DNA of 54,034 nt from positions 50,342,207 through 50,396,240 of the forward strand of contig NC_068984.1 of the NCBI RefSeq assembly GCF_001194135.2, in the 5' to 3' direction. Positions 50,030-54,034 of this stretch are shown here, one piece after another (the stretch's first letter is position 1; each line of letters starts with the position of its first letter). The notes beneath the pieces are model-generated. The model saw nothing but the letters and a program-made list of their open reading frames with translations, was not told where the DNA came from and searched no databases. The position numbers and the translations under genes are program-made. Source of the stretch: Octopus bimaculoides (Eukaryota).

Positions 50030-50725
50030 TTTTCGTGGTCGTTCTCTCCTCTGGAAATAGCAGCCAAATCTCTCGCAAATCGGATCTTTTTTAAAACGGG
50101 GGCCACATTTTTCATTAATGTTTTACGTAGTGTTTTTGGTACCGAAAGACTTTCAAACTTCGTATACTTATCTATTTTGTGTTATAGAACAGAAAAATAT
50201 TTTTGTATTCGAATTTATTTCATGTAAAAAATTGTCTTATTTCGATAATTTCAACCAATCACTGACATCCACTCAGCCGATATACATTAAGTGCCGACTA
50301 CATAAACAAACGATTCTTCGTTTTATTTGCTTTTTTCATTTTAAATTTGCTTTAACCCTAACCCTAAGCCTAACCCTAACCCTAACCCTAACTCTAACCC
50401 TAGGGTTAGGGTTAGGGTTAGAGTTAGGGTTAGGGTTAGGGTTAATTGTTTCAGAATCGTTTGTTTATGTAGTCGGCACTTAATGTATATCGGCTGAATG
50501 GACGTCAGTGATTGGTTGAAATTACAGAAATACGACAACTTTAACACGGAATAATTTATGGATTTCTTTTTTTTTTTAAGAAGACTAAGAGAAACAGATG
50601 TTTTATATGACACATTCTACCAGTGATCCAAGTTTCAAAGTGTTTCGTTAATGAAAAATGTGGCCCCCGTTTTAAAAAAGATCCCGCAAATCAAATATTA
50701 CAGATTTAAAAGTGGAAGGTCACAT
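50030..50725 (+). mobile_element. Older interspersed repeat (family F) interrupted by the MITE
   Basis: ggaaatagcagccaaatctc...aaatc before the MITE resembles gagaaatagtagcaaagtatatccctcaaata (15889-15920) and the reverse complement of atttgaggcagatttggttgttatttct (21068-21095). Confidence 0.45.
50082..50684. mobile_element. Fold-back MITE (Merlin-like or hAT) with internal telomeric palindrome
   Basis: Perfect 37-bp TIRs (50082-50118 and 50648-50684, starting GGATC); 8-bp TSD CGCAAATC (50074-50081 and 50685-50692); inner IR 50246-50317/50453-50524 (70/72); (AACCCT)x8 then (AGGGTT)x7 at 50354-50443. Confidence 0.95.
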
Positions 50726-51559
50726 TGGAGAGAGAAAAGAGAGGGGGAGTGAGAGAGAAAGAGAGAGAGAGAGAAGCAGAGTGATTGAAGTGTGTAGCTA
50801 GGACAGGACTTGCTCCGGAGCACTTTGTAAATAATGAAAGGAACACCATCAATGTCAGAGACCTCGTTGGTTAAGAGTTACTAGTCGTTTGTTATTGTTG
50901 ATCCTCATAAAGAAGAAAAGGAAAGAGCTGGAAGAGATTGTCTTAGTGTGTGCAAGGTGGAATTAAATTCAAAGCGAGCAGTAAATTTAGCTTTCTTTAC
51001 AGTCTGACAACTGATGGTTTCTTGAATAGGAAATTGTAGCTGGGAATCTGCACGTCATGAGGTTGTAGTGTCCTCTGTTAGAGTCCCGTCCGAATGTCTT
51101 CATCACAATGAGATCAGCTAAAATCACCCATTATGCACAGTAGAGGTATTAAACCATGAGACATATTGGACATACACGACGGGTCATAGGTCAGTTTAAT
51201 CATTATTCTGTGGTTAAGAAGATCGATTCACAACAAAGTAATTTCGAGTTCATGTGGGCAAGTGTCTTATACCATAGAATCTGGTTAGCCAAAGCTTTTT
51301 AAGGGAAATTTCACTGACAGAAGCTGTAACAAACAACATTGGGAATAGAGCTTTTGCATTTCCAGTGAAGTTAAACTAATCTCTCCCCAGTATGAACACT
51401 TCCGCATAATCTCAAAGCGCTTTAGATTTATGCTTATTGTAAGTATTCGGAAATGGTCTTCCGTCTGACGATAACTTTTCTATCCTCTCACTAAGCTTGG
51501 AAGAATTTTTTTTTTCCTGTGAAGTAAAAATGCTAAGAACAAAAAAAAAAAAAAAAAAG

Positions 51560-51870
51560 AACTTCACCGGCACCGACAACAATAGTAACAATAACAACTG
51601 TAGCAACACTTATAACAACAGAAATCAATATCACTGCTATCTTGACTACCATCATCACTCAACATCAACACTGCCACCACCAAAATCTCCATTGCCATTA
51701 ACCACAGCCAAATGATAACAGTACCAACAACAGCAACAATACAAGTCAGTAAGAACATTATAAATACACATACCGTCAGTAGCAATACTATCAACAACTG
51801 TAATATGATTCCTCTAGGATTACCACCCACCTTGCTGTCATTATTACCACCGGCCACAACAGCCCGCACA
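51560..51870. repeat. Low-complexity CAA/ACC/AAT-rich tract
   Basis: Degenerate trinucleotide sequence. Confidence 0.7.
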
Positions 51871-52386
51871 TGAAATCGCAAAGGATTTGTATAACCTCCA
51901 AATAGGAAGGAGGTAAGTAATATTCCTTTCATTTCTTATAAATGTCATTAATACACATTATCTTTGTTTTTTATTCTTTCAATATCTACACACGCACTCA
52001 TAAAGACACACATAAATGGTCATGTACGTGTGTACACACACCGACTCATACATATATGTATGTATGTGTGTATGTATGTATGTATGTTGTATGTGTGTGC
52101 GTGTGTAGGAATTTAAGTATCTATGTGCGTGTATGTGCATGTGTATATAAATAGTCAATTAAAAAAAAAACACTGAGTAAAAGAAAAGAACAAAGGTTTC
52201 GACGTAGCACAAGCAATGTATTAATGAGATGCTCAGAGAAAGAAAAGAGTAGAAATTTTACGTTTCGAGCATAGCTTCGGAACTAGGAAGAACCAGGAAA
52301 GTCCAAGACATCAGCAATCACGTGCGGTTATATTTTTGAAGTAAGAAACCAGAAGTAGGAATGAAGAGAAATTGCTTTCTGGAGCA

Positions 52387-52387
52387 C

Positions 52388-52431
<44 letters not shown>

Positions 52432-52808
52432 GGCACTCCGTCGCTTAAGACGTCGAGGGTTCCAGTTGATCCGATCAACGGAACAGCCTGCTCGCGAAAT
52501 TAACGTGCAAGTGGCTGAGCACTCCACAGACACGTGTACCTCTAGCGTAGTTCTTGGAGATATTCAGTGTGACACAGTGTGACAAGGCTGACCCTTTAAA
52601 TTACAGGCACAACAGAAACAGGAAGTAAGAGTGAGAGAAAGTTGTGGTGAAAGAGTACAGCAGGGTTCGCCACCATCCCCTGCCGGAGCCTCGTGGAGCT
52701 CTAGATGTTTTCGCTCAATAAACACTCACAACGCCCGGTCTGGGAATCGAAACCGCGACCCTATGACCGCGAGTGCGCTACCCTAACCACTGGGCCATTA
52801 CGCCTCCA
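52387..52808 (-). mobile_element. tRNA-derived SINE family C, full length with (CAA)n tail and 12-bp TSD
   Basis: ctttctggagca at 52375-52386 and 52809-52820; (TTG)n at 52388-52431; B box GTTTCGATTCC on the minus strand; highly similar to 7245-7628. Confidence 0.96.
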
Positions 52809-53525
52809 CTTTCTGGAGCAGAAGAGAGAGAAGATNNNNNNNNNNNNNNNNNNNNNNNNNNNNNNNNNNNNNNNNNNNNNNNNNNNNNNNNNNNNNNNNN
52901 NNNNNNNNNNNNNNNNNNNNNNNNNNNNNNNNNNNNNNNNNNNNNNNNNNNNNNNNNNNNNNNNNNNNNNNNNNNNNNNNNNNNNNNNNNNNNNNNNNNN
53001 NNNNNNNNNNNNNNNNNNNNNNNNNNNNNNNNNNNNNNNNNNNNNNNNNNNNNNNNNNNNNNNNNNNNNNNNNNNNNNNNNNNNNNNNNNNNNNNNNNNN
53101 NNNNNNNNNNNNNNNNAAGATGGTCAGTGTGCGTGTGCGTAGTCTGTGCGCGTGTGTGTGGTAGGATCGGTGTGCACGTGTGTGTGTGTGTGTGTGTGTG
53201 CGTGTGAGTGTGTGTGTGCGTGTGTGTGTGCGTGTGTGTGTGCGTGTGTGTTAATGTCGCTTTGAGCGATCAGCAGCTATAGTGACAAGTGTATGAGTGG
53301 GTGGGTGTGGCAGTTGGTATCTGTACGTGTTTGCGTGTGTGCGGAGATGGAAGGGTCAATAGTGGGTCAGAGTCAGTCAGAAGAGGGTGTGAAGATGGGT
53401 GCGTGTGGCTATAGAGGGATGAGAAGTAGTATGTGTGTGTGCGTTGGTGTAGCCATGGGTGTGAGTATTATGTGTGCGTACGTGTGTGTGCGCGTGTGGA
53501 AAGTGCGTCTGTGTATGCGTATGTA

Positions 53526-53559
<34 letters not shown>

Positions 53560-53729
53560 TGCGCGTGTGTTTGTATGTGTATGTGTGCGCGTGTGTATGG
53601 GTGTGCATGAGTGCGCGTGGGTGTGTGTGGTGTAGGAATATCAAAATTATGAAATGATACAAATAGTGAAAAATAAAAATTACGAAAACAAAAAATAATA
53701 AAAATAATACATATTAAAATTAATAAATA

Positions 53730-53888
53730 GGCGCAGAAGTGGCTGTGTGGTAAGTAGCTTGCTTACCAACCACATGGTTCCGGGTTCAGTCCCACTGCGT
53801 GGCACCTTGGGCAAGTGTCTTCTACTATAGCCTCGGGCCGACCAAAGCCTTGTGATTTGGTAGACGGAAACTGAAAGAAGCCCGTCGT
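53730..53888 (+). mobile_element. SINE family B head (young)
   Basis: Near-identical to 35509-35672, with a short deletion in ttgtgagtggattt. Confidence 0.93.
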
Positions 53889-53902
53889 ATATATATATAT
53901 AT

Positions 53903-54034
53903 TTTACTCTTCTACTTGTTTCAGTCTTTTGACTGTGGCCATGCTGGAGCACCGCCTTTAGTCGAGCAAATCGACCCCAGGACTTATTCTTTGGAAGCCT
54001 AGTACTTATTCTATCGGTCTATTTTGCTGAACCA
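53903..54034 (-). mobile_element. SINE family B tail in opposite orientation (runs off the window end)
   Basis: Reverse complement matches about 35825-35960. Confidence 0.92.

Noticed and set aside
50354-50443. Telomere-telomere fusion scar
   Set aside because: The order is (CCCTAA)n then (TTAGGG)n, opposite to a fusion, and it sits inside a TIR/TSD-bounded element.

Overview
AT-rich, microsatellite-saturated, gapped eukaryotic draft-assembly sequence. The SINE families and repeat profile resemble an octopus genome (inference; no search was run). I found no supportable host protein-coding exon, intact tRNA/rRNA gene or CRISPR array; almost all ORF-track entries are microsatellite or N-gap artefacts. 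The window is a transposon graveyard: three RTE-clade LINE fragments, two R4/Dong-like REL-endonuclease retrotransposon relics plus a mini-copy, two Penelope-like elements (RT plus GIY-YIG), a Sola2-like DNA-transposase relic and many copies of several SINE-like families (my local labels A-F), several with clear target-site duplications. The most unusual items are: (1) a 603-bp fold-back MITE with perfect 37-bp TIRs, an 8-bp TSD and an outward-facing (CCCTAA)8(TTAGGG)7 telomeric palindrome at its centre; (2) a near-canonical minimal type-I hammerhead ribozyme plus several decayed relatives; (3) an RTE insertion with twin-priming 5'-inversion geometry; (4) a domain-scrambled R4 element inside (TAA)n; (5) a 124-nt G.U-biased hairpin; (6) a roughly 48-bp 28S rRNA sliver. 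Coordinates of decayed elements are approximate.
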